NCBI RefSeq assembly: GCF_004010195.1
Contig: NC_057718.1
Location: forward strand, 104,498,828-104,562,827
From: Chiloscyllium plagiosum
Taxonomy: Eukaryota
Reading direction: 5' to 3'
DNA: 64,000 bases
Below the pieces are notes generated by a model, which ran no database searches, was not told where the DNA came from, and was given only the letters and a program-made list of their open reading frames with translations. A program made the translations under genes and the position numbers. How positions within the stretch are numbered: the first letter of the stretch is position 1; every line of letters begins with the position of its first letter. This document shows, one piece after another, positions 14,401-26,203 of this stretch.

Positions 14401-17400
14401 ATGTACCGACATGATACCAGCACCCACTGACCTTGCAATGATTACCTACTCTTGATAAAGCTTAGCTGCAAATGCAATTCAAGTGACTTGTACAAATGCT
14501 CAAGACCTTTGAATGCAGTTAGACAGGTGATTAAGATTGTTCAACACTCAAACTTTTCACTCTCAAAGCTCCAACTACACCACTGAACTCTCACTGCAAC
14601 ATTCCATGGTTCAGTGACAATTCAAACAGCTGAATTCCAAACACTTCCCCAAGCCTTCAGCAAACAGGGGTGGCAGGAATACAATTGCAGTGCATGACCT
14701 ATCTTTGATGTTTCCAACCAATTTTATCAGCTCTATCCAACTGCTATCCCCAAATGGCCTGGGAAAGGTGAGAAATATGCTGCATCGCCCTGTGGCCTTA
14801 GTCAGGTGCAATACACCAGCCACCCCCCAACATGCCGCAATGCAAAACCCATCTCATCCGTGCTTTAAGTTTGAATTGAACAGACTTTTCAGCATAACAG
14901 AGAGCAGCTGGTTTAAGGAAAAAAAAATTGCAAAATGTTAACAAAAAGAAATTTTAACGCAGAGGTTGGATGTTTGGATTGCAATACCAAAATAAAATGA
15001 AATGAAAAGATGGAACACACCACACTCCAACAACTTACTTACCATCTTTTTGTTATTCTACTTCAACAGGTGAAGAAAGAAGAGAAAGAGAGAGAGAGAA
15101 GGTAAAAACAAAGGTCAGAAAAGGTCCGAGTGAAAACATCACTCCAGGAACTTAAAAGATCCAAGTGCTTTCCAAAATTAAAAGAAGAAAATGACAGAAC
15201 TTTGAGAAACCTCCCCATCAAGTGTGGAGTCCAGTGTTCAGCTCAAATATATAGGTCTGGTCAGCATCATAATTTTATCATTTTCTCAAAATATATTTAG
15301 AGTTCTGCAAATGTATTTCAAAAACATTATTGCTGCAATAATACAGAAAATTTGCTTATCAAAGTTGTAGGATCAACACAAAATACGTTGTTTCCAATTC
15401 TCTGAATTCACATACAATATACTGTAAAGTGATGTGGAATTAATTATATTGTGTCTGTGTTCCCCACAGGAGGTGTTAATGACCTTGTTGGCATTCTAGG
15501 GCAAAAGCAATATGTGAATTACTGTCTCAGACATTTATTATGACATTTTCTACCAGAGGAAAGCAAGCATATTTCTCACATTGTATGCACCTTATGAACA
15601 AGCTTAGCTTATCAACTTTTTGACTCCAAGTGGAGCTTACAACATTTCTTGCTTGCAAACATATCCATCATGCAGGTATGTTACAGCTGCAGGCAGATTT
15701 CAAATCCTTCCTGAGTTAAGCAGTTGTTTGATTAAACTGAGGAAATCTTTCTGAAGAGGAGAAGGGAAGGAGCAATGTAAAAGAAACCTGTTCACTCCAT
15801 CCAAACAGCAACACAAGTGAAAATTACACTGCACTCACTAGGCAAATATATGAATTTGAAGTATTATTTAAATATTAATTTCCACCATACATTTTTGTAA
15901 TGGCTTAATAGGGAAGAGCAAAAGGGCATATCACCTTAATTTGACTCTATAAACTTACATACTTAGAAAGTTTGCATATCTGTCCAGAACAATCACACAA
16001 GCTTTAATAATGTGTTATGTAAAAGATTATCTACAGCTTTTGCAAGCATTTCTAAATGTGCTGCCTGGTTTACTATTAATACTGAAATGTGTTTTTTGCT
16101 GTATTTTGTTTTACAAAAAGGAGTAATGAAAACATAGCAGATCCAACAAATACATCACCACACAGCAACTGGATGGGCAAGAGAAAATTCAGCCACATTC
16201 AGTTAGTAACAGCAAAACTCTCCATAATCTTACCTTGATCTCAATATTCCCAACTTTGGCAGTGGATCGGATAATGGGACGGCCCACCAACGCTGGAAAA
16301 ATGTGCTCTGGAAAATTGGAGCCAGCATAGCCGCACTTCACAAACTATACAAAACACAACAGAAAAAGGAAAAATCATGTCATTTCTTAAAGAAGGCATT
16401 TTGCAAGTCATTAACCAAACAGGGGGAGAAAATGAGTTGCTACAGATGGATAAAAATACATCTTGCACTGAAAGCAGATAGCTCTGCTCAGCTGTTTTAA
16501 TATAGCAATTTAAACATGTAGAAATTAATCACTTACTTTTCATGTTAAGAATATACACAATATTTGTTTAGAACCGACAAAGCTACACATAGCAAGCATC
16601 AAGTACGTATTAAATCTTTACCTGGAGAAAAAACTCACTCCAAGTCGTATTCTGAAAATTTTGGTAAATAATATCACCAAGGGAAAGACTGTCAAGCAGC
16701 ATAAACCAATGTTTTTCATTCATTTATGGGACATTGATGTAAAAGCCTGGATTAGCCTTTGACTGTCATTGAAGAGATGGTGATACCTCTGACTTGGACT
16801 GAATGGCTTCAAAACCCATTTCAGATGCAGCCAAGAATCTCTCAGATGTCAAATTTGTTTTTGTTTCATCATAAACTGGTTTTAATGAAACTGAGATCAC
16901 TGATAATTATGTTGATTTTAATAGAAGACATACCCTTTCCTCTCCTTTATTCTGTGAAACTTGCAAGGAGGAAAAAGCAATTATAGTCTTAAATCATGCA
17001 AACTACATGATTACTGAATGAAGAAACAAAACTCATACATACTGGTGAAAACTCAGTTCTTACTTACCATGCCATATTATTCCATGAACTATAAATCTAC
17101 CACATTGACCTTACTACTAAAAACAAGCATATTCAACGATACGCACCATGCAGTGAAACACTCCACAAAAGCAATTATGAAACAGAGCTACAGAAGGCAA
17201 TGTGAGGGAGTGGTGACCAAAACCTTCTAAACATTACGTTTTAAAGTGTGTCTGAATGGAGAAAATAGGCAGAAAGGGAATTCTTGGGATTGTCAACCTG
17301 TACAGCTGAAAGCTATGAAAATTGGAGCTGTGTGAAAAGCCAGAAAGCCAACAAATACAGAAGCACCTTTTTAAAGAGACAAAAGAGAGTAAATGTGATC

Positions 17401-20400
17401 AATTTACTGATGATTGAGTTTCAACTACCCTCAGTTGTACTGCATTCCATTCATTACTAACCTTTCACCTGAAAGATTCTCTGCAACAGAAGACTGTGGA
17501 GGCTAAGTCCCTGAATATATTTCAGAAACAGTTCATAGTATGCAGGAGTACAGAAGACAGCAGGAGCATGGCACTGAGACGGAGAATCAATCATGATCAT
17601 AGTGAACAATACAGCAGGCAGGATAGGCAGCATCTGTTGTTCTTATTTTCTACCTTTTCATTAGGAAACAGAAATTTCTTCGAAACAGTTAAAAGCAGCA
17701 CAAAGAGTAGAAAGACAAGACAATCTTAGTAGATTTTAAACAGGTACAATAATATAAAAAAAGTGTTCAAGTTAAGAGCCAGATCCTCTGCTCTGATTTC
17801 CGATCCAGGCCACTGAAACAAAGGAAAGTGGATTCCAAAGGTGACAGTCTACTTTCCAAAGGTCGACATTTTAGGTGTAAACACTTCTTCAGGGCTGGGG
17901 GAAGAAGAGTTGTAGACAGAGGGAGCCTCCCCTTTATCTGCAGCTCCCCCCACACGCACCCCCCGTCCTGAAGGGTTATACCTCAAAACGTCGACTTTTG
18001 CATCTCCTGATCCTGCCTGGCCTGCTGTGTTCTTCCAGCCTCCTGCCTGGCTACATTGGCTTCCAGAATCTGCAGGTTTAGCCTCTAACCAAGTCTACTT
18101 TCCAAAAGCATTCTAGTTTCAAGATTTGAGCATTTAGATTTGAAATCTGATGATGTCACTTCAATAAAAGGAGAGATTACTAGGTCTAGAGATCCAGCAA
18201 CTATTAGCTGATCACAGATAAAAGACAGTCATGTTTCTTGTTTAAGCTATTTATTTGGAGGTCACTATGTTGGCAGATAGAGAATTGCATCCACACATGC
18301 TGTCAGGGGTTGACTTCCAGGAAACATTTGATAAAGCTCTGCACCAGCAAATGCTCAAAGATCCAAGTTCGTGGGAACAGAAGGCAACCTCATGACATGG
18401 GCTGAGGTAGAGTTGGGGAAAAAGATCCCATTCTATTTCACGGAATTAGAAATGTGGCACAAACATGAACAGCAGCCTCTGCTTTGCATCATACATCAAC
18501 ATGGATCAAGCAATAAAGTTGTCAGAACAAGTTGCGATTGACAAAATTAGGAAGTTGTGAAGAGGGGACATGGAATAACTGAAGGCAAACATTTGACAAA
18601 CAGAGTGAAGTATGGAAAATCAGAGCTCAAAGACAGACTAATCAGAACGATTTTTTTTGGAAAGGTGACATTTGTAGCTGTCCAGAACCAAGCTATACAC
18701 AATCTCACAACATATGCCTGACCTTTAACCCAAGTGGACTCACATTTAAAAAGGTGACCCTACAGGCCTTCTCCCAATATTTTAACACTGCGTTAAGCTT
18801 TGGAAGGATTTACCAAACTTGGGGAGAGCATACAGAGGATTCATTAGGTTTATAATATGGCTTAAAAAGTTCACATCTCAGCTGATGTTAACCCCACTAA
18901 GGTAGTTTACAGGCTCATGTTTATGTTTAAGAAGTGACCAAATCCAAAAATGTTGAAACAGTAGAGATTCCATTGCACAGAAGCAGAGAATGACACAAAA
19001 ATGTCTCCCACCAATTCCTAATCACCCTCTTCCTTTTGCACTCAGTTCCCCAAATATAAAACTCATGGCCATTTTACAAAACTCATTCCCAGCCAAAAAA
19101 ACTCCAAATTGATAGAAGCAATTGTCAAATTACTCCAGCGTTTGCCCTTTCACCATTCAATGCAGAAGTCAGTTTCGTATATTACTCAGTGAAGGACTTC
19201 CCGTTATCGGTATAAATTTGTCTTTCACTTGTTTGAACCTACCCTCCCTTACTTCCCTATAGCTGTTTTTAGTTGTATGCTCAATTATTTTCTTACTACC
19301 CATCTATCTTCAGGATGCCCAACACCTCTAATTTCCAATCGCTCCAACTGTCACCAAAACTACAAACCATCATATGGGAACTAACTTCATAGCTCTTCCA
19401 ATTCCATAAGTTTCAGAACATCTGCGACTAGAAGTGAACTCAACAGTGCTGTTATGTGGCAGAACACAGCACAACTTAAGGGCAACTTCCCTTAACACTT
19501 TCAAATTTTTTTATATAGCATTCTTTGCTAGCTTGAATTTGAGAATAGTCATTCTTGTTTTCTATACCCTTCCCAAACTTTAAATTCACTTTTTTCAATT
19601 TTGACCTTCTCTGCATCCCTGATTTTATCAGTCCATTGGCAGCTGTGCCAGTGGTTAATGATGCCAAACTCTGGTGCGCTCTCTATATTTTTCCATTTCT
19701 CTTTCCTGCTTTAAGGCTGACTGTAGACCAGTTGCATCAAATGTTTGGGCCACTGTCCCTCATATCTCCTCCTGGGACTCAGCATCTCATGTGGTAATCT
19801 TCCTGTGAAGTCAAGGTGCTATATTGGCAGTGTGTTACACGATGAAAGCAACAATTATTGCTCATTGCAGTGGTTAAGACATTGTCCATCTGCAGTTCTC
19901 CCAAGATGGAAACCCTGTATGTGTACTTGAATGATTTCTCTCTCTGGCATATTTTTACTTGTCACTGAGCTACACCAAAAAAAACCCATCAACTCATTCC
20001 TCCAACCTGTTCCTTTGATTGGACTGGTGCAGAAGTACTTCTTAAACAGCTGCTGCACAGCACTCACTGACTCAATCAACCACCTGAACATGCCTCGGCG
20101 TGCTTTTTATCATCAGGCAGTGGGCCCCCAGTGAAAGGTTCTCTGCAAGACTCTTTCCACTGAGGAGCTGGGGTGCAAGGTGTTGCACACAGCAATCCCA
20201 TGAAAAAGCACATGCTATTGGTTGTTGGACTCCCAGCCCAACTGTTTGCTTTGCCATGCTGTGGGGTCCTCGAGTCATATCAATTTTGGGTGATTGCACC
20301 TCATTTTCAGTGATTTGAACAATCTTTAACTGTGCTTTTGGTCGCACTTCAGCCCCACAAGCCTGATCGTTGGACATCTGGTGCGGAGGGGTGTTTGGGC

Positions 20401-23400
20401 AAGTCAGAGTGCTACCTTGGGTCAGCTCCTGGATCATGCAATGTTGGCTCTTAGCTGAGGAGAAAGTGAGGTCTGCAGATGCTGGAGATCAAAGTTGAAA
20501 CTTTATTGCTGGAACAGCACAGCAGGTCAGGCAGCATCCAGGGAACAGGAGATTCAACGTTTCGGGCACAGGCTCTTAGCTGATCCAAGTGCAACATTAA
20601 AAAGATTAAATTGGAATATCTCTCTGGACATTCACATAATATTACATGTGTTCTGGTATTTCTTGGCACACTAATACAAAGTATTTCTAAAGTTACAGTG
20701 CAAGGGATGTAGCTCATGTGACTCCTGGGAAGATGAAGGGTATCTAAAAAGGGATGGGGAGGGGGAATAAATCAAAAGGGAGTTGGAGGGGCACTAGTGC
20801 ACTCTACCCATGACAGTGCATAACCCTCTCTTCAAAGATATGCAGATTATTAGACACTGTGTGCTGCCACTCCAACAGCACCTGGGCATTGAGCCACAGG
20901 TGAGGGGCAGACAGTCAACAGTTATAACCCTCTTCACTGCCCACTGCTTGCTTTAGGTTCTTTTCCTGAGGTTACACACACGAGATGCAATTCGCGCACA
21001 CCAACTACTGCAAACAGTTAAAAGTTTATTAAAGCCTGTACAACCTCGGTGACCCCCCCTTTGATCCTCTTTTCAGGTGTGTGAAGTCGAATCAAACAAA
21101 GGCCCCAAACAAAGAGAAAGTATCCCCTTTGCACAGGTCAGTTGGTAATGCTCACAGGTACTCTGGTCACTCCCCCAAAGTGCAGGTTGACAATCAGTCA
21201 CGCGAACACCCATAGCAGAAAATTAGGATCCCAAGGACATATCATCCTCAATGATGGACAACTGACAATCAATCTATTCCTCAATGGTGGTTCACTAATT
21301 CATAAATCAGTGAAACTGTGAAAACTAAAGTTTATTATTTATAGCCGGATACACTACAATACAGTCATAGTACTCAAGCTAAGATTAGTTACAAATCAAG
21401 TATCCACCTTGATTCAGATTTCGAAGTTATGTTGACCGCCAATGGAGACTTCATTCTGATATTTTCAAAGTCATTCTTGTAAAGCCAGGTACACCAGTCT
21501 GAGTAAATCTTTATTGCAAATCACAGCACAACCTGTCAAACTATAAGCTGTTTGCTGTACTTTAGCCATGAACGTCTGGGACATGCAGTTATCATCTTTC
21601 GTTATTACACCGTGCACAACTAAAACATTGCATTCAAAACAATGCAAACTACTCAAAGTTCAATTCACCAATTAATGCTTCTGTTTGAACAGCTTCAACT
21701 GGATTTAGCAAATGTCTATGACATTTATGGAACCTTAGCTAACAACTGAATGTAAACAAACTGAAGCCTTCCCATGTGCTAGTAACAAGCTTCAAAATGA
21801 AAGACTACAATGAGTAAAATAATGACTGTACTCATTGTTTAACGGGGAACCAGTTAAGGTCAAAGTCTGGATTTTTAAATTTTTGTCAATTTTACATCTT
21901 TCCATCATTAGCTGTCTTACTTTGCACAGCCCATGCCCCATAAGTGCTGGGATTTCCTTTCTAAACCGCCACATCTTTAAAGTGCTCCTCCAAACCAACC
22001 TCTTCAATCTAGCGAACTGGAGGTTACCCAATCTTGTATTTGACAATCATTCCTGTTACGCTAGGTTTGAGATACTACATAAATGCACATTGTTGATGAC
22101 TGTTAAGGGACATGAATATTTATTTGATTATTTTAACTTTGATGTAACGAACAGGCAATGAATTCACTGAATTTTGAGGGAAACTACACAAGTACAGAGA
22201 ATTCTCTCACCTTGAGCGAGTATAGATTGAGTACGTGCCTGGTCACTTCAGTGGGACATTGCAATTAATTCCAGCCCTGTTACTGTTTCCTTCTCATGCC
22301 AAGATGCACACTCTCTCCTCCAACTGTGGTCAGGCAACTGAGGGGAAATCTTTCATTTTCCAGTCTAATTTAGTAGATCAAGGTCAAAAGTAATTCTTCA
22401 ACTCCTGCTTTACTGAAGTCAATAACCTGAACCCAGACAATGGGTCAAAGAAAGCCTATACAGTTGCCTCATTCCAGGTAAGACATTCACAGAGTTTTCT
22501 TCCTTCAGAAGCACTAATCAATGAGCACTATAAACTTGCAAACAGATCGCCTCCACCCTACTGAGATACACACCTCATAGCATGTACAGACTGCAGCATC
22601 AGCTCAACCACATGAAGAATGTGGCTCGAGGCCAATGAATGCTCTTCCTGTCAGTTTGTGCTTGCACAGTATTCTCTCCAAGGGTGTTTACGCAGAGAGA
22701 CTTTAGCACAGGAAGGAGCTATTCAACCCTGTCTACTTCATTAATCCAGAGGTCATCGTTTTCATTAATTCATTGCTATTATTCTAAGAAAACATGACTA
22801 GTTACTGTGTAATCATTTCATTGCTAACATGAATCAATTAAAACAGTCAAATTCTAGTGAACTGAAGTAGTTTTCTGAATTGGAAGATCATTTTTACTCT
22901 TAAGGACCTAACCCATTTGTCAGAACACAAACCATTCACAAAAGCAAGCAGAGCAAAAGTGCCAAGTTCCACACATTGTCCAGAATAACTCATGTTGAGA
23001 AGTGAATACATTTTCAAGTTTATTCATAAATATTTGTTCAAACAGCCACAAGCCTTCTCAAGGCACACACACTGTAAAACCTGCACAGCACACACTAAAA
23101 TCTAAAGAATTTCCAAAACGTCCAGGGACAGATTGCAAACTAATAAGAGTGTAGCAAAAGAAACAAAGGTTAGTAATCAAAAGTCAAAGCCGTTAAGGGA
23201 AGGTCACCATCTTTGGGTTGTTTCACAAAAGGGAAGTGAGTGAATGTCTGATCTGAGCCTGTTCCTTTTTTGCTCGAGTCATAGATTCTTAAAGCAAAGG
23301 CGATCTTTGAGCTCAATAAGCCTGTGCTGCTTCCCTGCTCCTTCTCCATCACACTTCTTTTCACATTTAAGTATTTAACTCAGTCACTCTTGAAAATTGC

Positions 23401-25586
23401 AACTCAATCCAATTCCACCACCCTTCCAGATCCTCAGCTAGTTCAGTAAACAGACTATAATGAGAAGTGGCTCAAACCACTCCCAGCATTGCTGACTCGA
23501 GACAGACAGCTCGAGCATGACAGCATTGTCTGCTCCAGCCCTGCAAATTGTCCAACCAGACAACCTTTCAGTACATCACCAACTCTGTCCTCTTGCTCAG
23601 CTCTGGCTTTAATTTTCAAAGCGAGCTCTTCTCCAAGCTGCAGATGCTAGGAAATAGCCTACCAATCCTTTGCAGCCTCTTAATTTATCCCAGATTAAAA
23701 CTGGCCAGTTTGGGACAGGTGATCTGCGATATGGTCAATGTCACCTCTCATGACCAGCAGTACTTTTTGACCAAAGGGCAGTCTGGTGATGTACCTGAAG
23801 TTGCATCACTAATGATTAGGGGACAAACCATGGCTGCAAACTCAATTAGAGTAGGAACATAGAGGTACCACAAGTGGGAACCAGGCCAAAACCAGCCAGT
23901 TGTAACTGTCAGGGAAACATGAACAGCTTAAGACACGTTTCTCCACAAGTCTAAAGGAATAATCAGATAGCAATCTTTAAAATTACGATATGACTGGCAG
24001 ATACAAGAAAACTTGCTTCTACTTGTGGGGAGGACAAGAACCGGCAGCCATAAAGATATCACAAATAAATCCAGACAGAACCCAATTGAAATGGTTTCAC
24101 CAGAATGGTGAATGGAACTTACCTGCATAGGGAGTGTTTGAGGCTTGCAACTCAGATCCCCTTAAAGGGAAGTTAAAGAGTCTCATAACAGAAAAAGTCC
24201 AAGAAGGATATGTTGATAGAAAACTACTCAATCCTAACAATTCATTCCCACAGAGCATTGCCTCACTATAAAGCTAATGAGTACTTTTGAAGGGTAATCA
24301 ATGCATTGCAGATACTTCAGCAACCAATTTGCACACAGGAGAGGGGAGACAGAGGGGAGAGGGGAGAGGGGAGACAGAGGGGAGAGGGGAGAGGGGAGAC
24401 AGNNNNNNNNNNNNNNNNNNNNNNNNNNNNNNNNNNNNNNNNNNNNNNNNNNNNNNNNNNNNNNNNNNNNNNNNNNNNNNNNNNNNNNNNNNNNNNNNNN
24501 NNNNNNNNNNNNNNNNNNNNNNNNNNNNNNNNNNNNNNNNNNNNNNNNNNNNNNNNNNNNNNNNNNNNNNNNNNNNNNNNNNNNNNNNNNNNNNNNNNNN
24601 NNNNNNNNNNNNNNNNNNNNNNNNNNNNNNNNNNNNNNNNNNNNNNNNNNNNNNNNNNNNNNNNNNNNNNNNNNNNNNNNNNNNNNNNNNNNNNNNNNNN
24701 NNNNNNNNNNNNNNNNNNNNNNNNNNNNNNNNNNNNNNNNNNNNNNNNNNNNNNNNNNNNNNNNNNNNNNNNNNNNNNNNNNNNNNNNNNNNNNNNNNNN
24801 NNNNNNNNNNNNNNNNNNNNNNNNNNNNNNNNNNNNNNNNNNNNNNNNNNNNNNNNNNNNNNNNNNNNNNNNNNNNNNNNNNNNNNNNNNNNNNNNNNNN
24901 NNNNNNNNNNNNNNNNNNNNNNNNNNNNNNNNNNNNNNNNNNNNNNNNNNNNNNNNNNNNNNNNNNNNNNNNNNNNNNNNNNNNNNNNNNNNNNNNNNNN
25001 NNNNNNNNNNNNNNNNNNNNNNNNNNNNNNNNNNNNNNNNNNNNNNNNNNNNNNNNNNNNNNNNNNNNNNNNNNNNNNNNNNNNNNNNNNNNNNNNNNNN
25101 NNNNNNNNNNNNNNNNNNNNNNNNNNNNNNNNNNNNNNNNNNNNNNNNNNNNNNNNNNNNNNNNNNNNNNNNNNNNNNNNNNNNNNNNNNNNNNNNNNNN
25201 NNNNNNNNNNNNNNNNNNNNNNNNNNNNNNNNNNNNNNNNNNNNNNNNNNNNNNNNNNNNNNNNNNNNNNNNNNNNNNNNNNNNNNNNNNNNNNNNNNNN
25301 NNNNNNNNNNNNNNNNNNNNNNNNNNNNNNNNNNNNNNNNNNNNNNNNNNNNNNNNNNNNNNNNNNNNNNNNNNNNNNNNNNNNNNNGGGGGGGTGAGAT
25401 GGGGGAGGGGGGGGGTGAGGTGGGGGAGGGACATTACGGAAATGGGTCAGACACCACCCCCCTCCCCCACTCCCAGACAGCGCCTCACTTCCTGATCGCA
25501 GCCCCACAGGGCGGCCGGGCGGATGAGCCAGCACTTACCCCAGTGCCGTTATCGCAGACCACCACCTTCCTGCCCTGACTGTCCAT
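2330..25586 (-). CDS. ACTR2: Actin-related protein 2 (Arp2), 5' part of a spliced gene. Coding exons 25539-25586, 16234-16344, [alternative 15043-15057], 11676-11891, 2330-2402; remaining exons lie left of the window
   Basis: Joined exons read [77 protein letters not shown]...[30 protein letters not shown], the vertebrate Arp2 N-terminus. All boundaries are GT-AG and in phase; exon sizes 48/111/216/73. Confidence 0.98.
2837..2910 (+). pseudogene. tRNA-Thr(AGT) copy, probably a pseudogene
   Basis: AGCGCCATGGCTTAGATGGTTAAAGCGCCTGTCT-AGT-AAACAGGAGATCCTGGGTTCAAATCTCAGTTGTGTCT. D and anticodon arms are intact; the acceptor stem has A1:C72 and C6:T67 mismatches; no adjacent oligo-T terminator. Confidence 0.85.
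2988..3312 (+). mobile_element. tRNA-derived SINE, HE1-like
   Basis: Same family as 141-433 and 37969-38296; (TAATC)n tail. Confidence 0.9.
4385..4985 (-). mobile_element. CR1-type LINE 3' fragment
   Basis: Colinear with 6335-6870 and with the other CR1 tails in the window. Confidence 0.8.
6335..8720 (-). mobile_element. CR1-type LINE, decayed ORF2 (endonuclease end, RT, 3' UTR)
   Basis: ORFs 6750..7292 ([27 protein letters not shown]), 7755..8228 and 8297..8584 ([16 protein letters not shown]). Confidence 0.93.
9160..9775 (+). mobile_element. Penelope-like element fragment (RT C-terminal region)
   Basis: LPFLDL-type motif; colinear with 46100-46548. Confidence 0.75.
10133..10260 (+). mobile_element. 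Penelope-like 3' end fragment with a decayed hammerhead motif
   Basis: ATGAAGGGCTTTTGCCCAAAACGTCG...GCATCTGCAGTCCTCACTTTC, shared with the copies at 47834 and 55131. Confidence 0.75.
11676..11891 (-). CDS. ACTR2: ACTR2 coding exon ([13 protein letters not shown]...NREKIIE)
   Basis: Acceptor gcag|GATCTG, donor GAG|GTAAGA, 216 nt; visible in ORF 11604..11897. Confidence 0.98.
15043..15057 (-). CDS. ACTR2: ACTR2 alternative 15-nt microexon encoding NNKKM
   Basis: Minus strand reads gtag|AAT AAC AAA AAG ATG|gtaagt, with a long pyrimidine tract upstream. The peptide and position match the insert I recall from the long human Arp2 isoform. Confidence 0.9.
16234..16344 (-). CDS. ACTR2: ACTR2 coding exon 2 (FVKCGYAG...GNIEIK)
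   Basis: Acceptor tag|TTTGTG, donor AAG|GTAAGA, 111 nt, phase 0/0. Confidence 0.97.
17861..18091. mobile_element. Short Penelope-derived insertion with a 15-bp TSD and an inverted pair of decayed hammerhead motifs
   Basis: AGTCTACTTTCCAAA at 17846-17860 and 18092-18106. Confidence 0.8.
20459..20570 (-). mobile_element. 112-bp Penelope-like 3' end insertion with a 13-bp TSD
   Basis: GGCTCTTAGCTGA at 20446-20458 and 20571-20583; sequence matches 47834-47950. Confidence 0.85.
24339..25430. repeat. G/A-rich simple repeat flanking an assembly gap (N 24403-25387) in ACTR2 intron 1
   Basis: (GAGGGGA/GACA)n on the left side and G-runs on the right side. Confidence 0.85.
25539..25586 (-). CDS. ACTR2: ACTR2 coding exon 1 ([16 protein letters not shown])
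   Basis: ATG in GGACCATGG context at 25586; donor GGG|GTAAGT. Confidence 0.97.
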
Positions 25587-26091
25587 GGTCCGCTCCCGAG
25601 CCTCCGCCGCCGCTGTCTCAGCGAAACTTTCCACCCGCCTCCCGACGCCGGAAATCACCGTCCGCTCGCTCCCGCTCCACAGGGCGCGCCGTTCCCACGT
25701 GACATACCGCTTCCGATGGGCCTGCCCGGGCACCCGATGACGGATTGTGATTGACGTGCGGTGGGCGGGTCTCGTGTGATTGACGTGCGGTGGGCGGGTC
25801 TCGTGTCATTGACGTGCGGTTTCGGAATTCGTGCTCATGACGCCAGTGATTGACAGTAAGGAGGCGGGCTCCGTCATCGATCTTTGATGGACGGATAATC
25901 TGTCCAATCGGCTTTGTGCACTGCCCGTGTGGGTGGTGGGCGGTGACCGTGTCCCTGACCCTGAGGGTGGGTTCAATCTTTCGGAACAATATTGAAAGTC
26001 TTTTCTCAGTTCGACTACTTCCGGTATGATTTAAAATTCTCCGCCCCCTGTGTAATTGTTGTAATGTGATTGGTCGGTAAGCTGGGTTGCC
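25587..26091. promoter_or_regulatory. Bidirectional CpG-island promoter and 5' UTRs shared by ACTR2 and the asparaginase-like gene
   Basis: The two ATGs diverge ~505 bp apart; CpG-rich region ~25490-26345 in a CpG-poor window. Motifs: CACGTGAC 25696-25703, repeated TGACGT and GGGCGG, TGATTGACAG 25847-25856, CCAAT 25904-25908, ACTTCCGG 26017-26024, ATTGG 26069-26073. Confidence 0.85.
25746..25820. repeat. 29-bp tandem repeat (2.6 copies) in the promoter
   Basis: TGTGATTGACGTGCGGTGGGCGGGTCTCG at 25746 and 25775, partial copy at 25804. Confidence 0.95.
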
Positions 26092-26203
26092 ATGGCGGCG
26101 GCGGTGGGCACCTGGGCCTTTTCGATGCCGGCGGTGGACAAGGCCCGGCGGCTGTTAGAGGTGGGCAGCGGGGCCTCGGCCGCCGTACAGGAGGCTATAA
26201 CAG
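26092..26203 (+). CDS. Asparaginase-like gene exon 1 ([10 protein letters not shown]...QEAIT)
   Basis: GCCATGG Kozak context; in-frame TAA 30 nt upstream; donor ACAG|GTGATG is phase 1 and matches the next exon. Confidence 0.85.

Noticed and set aside
19940..20445. Possible Tx1/L1 zinc-finger remnant
   Set aside because: Only a faint RVLHTAIP...C..C-like trace; too decayed to call.
20950..21390. Possible LTR fragment
   Set aside because: It has minus-strand AATAAA motifs, but no convincing termini or TSD were found.
24287..25578. Long ORFs (363-425 aa) in the ORF track
   Set aside because: Artefacts of translating through an N gap; the same applies to the ORFs spanning 46549-46821 and 52398-53140.
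25485..25733. N-terminally extended ACTR2 ORF (MPGQAHRK...)
   Set aside because: The extension starts at a non-ATG codon and runs through the 5' UTR/promoter; the conserved Arp2 start is the ATG at 25586.
26064..26082. Start-stop uORF (ATGTGA) and donor-like GTAAGC upstream of the asparaginase-like ATG
   Set aside because: Cannot be evaluated without knowing the transcription start site; may be chance.
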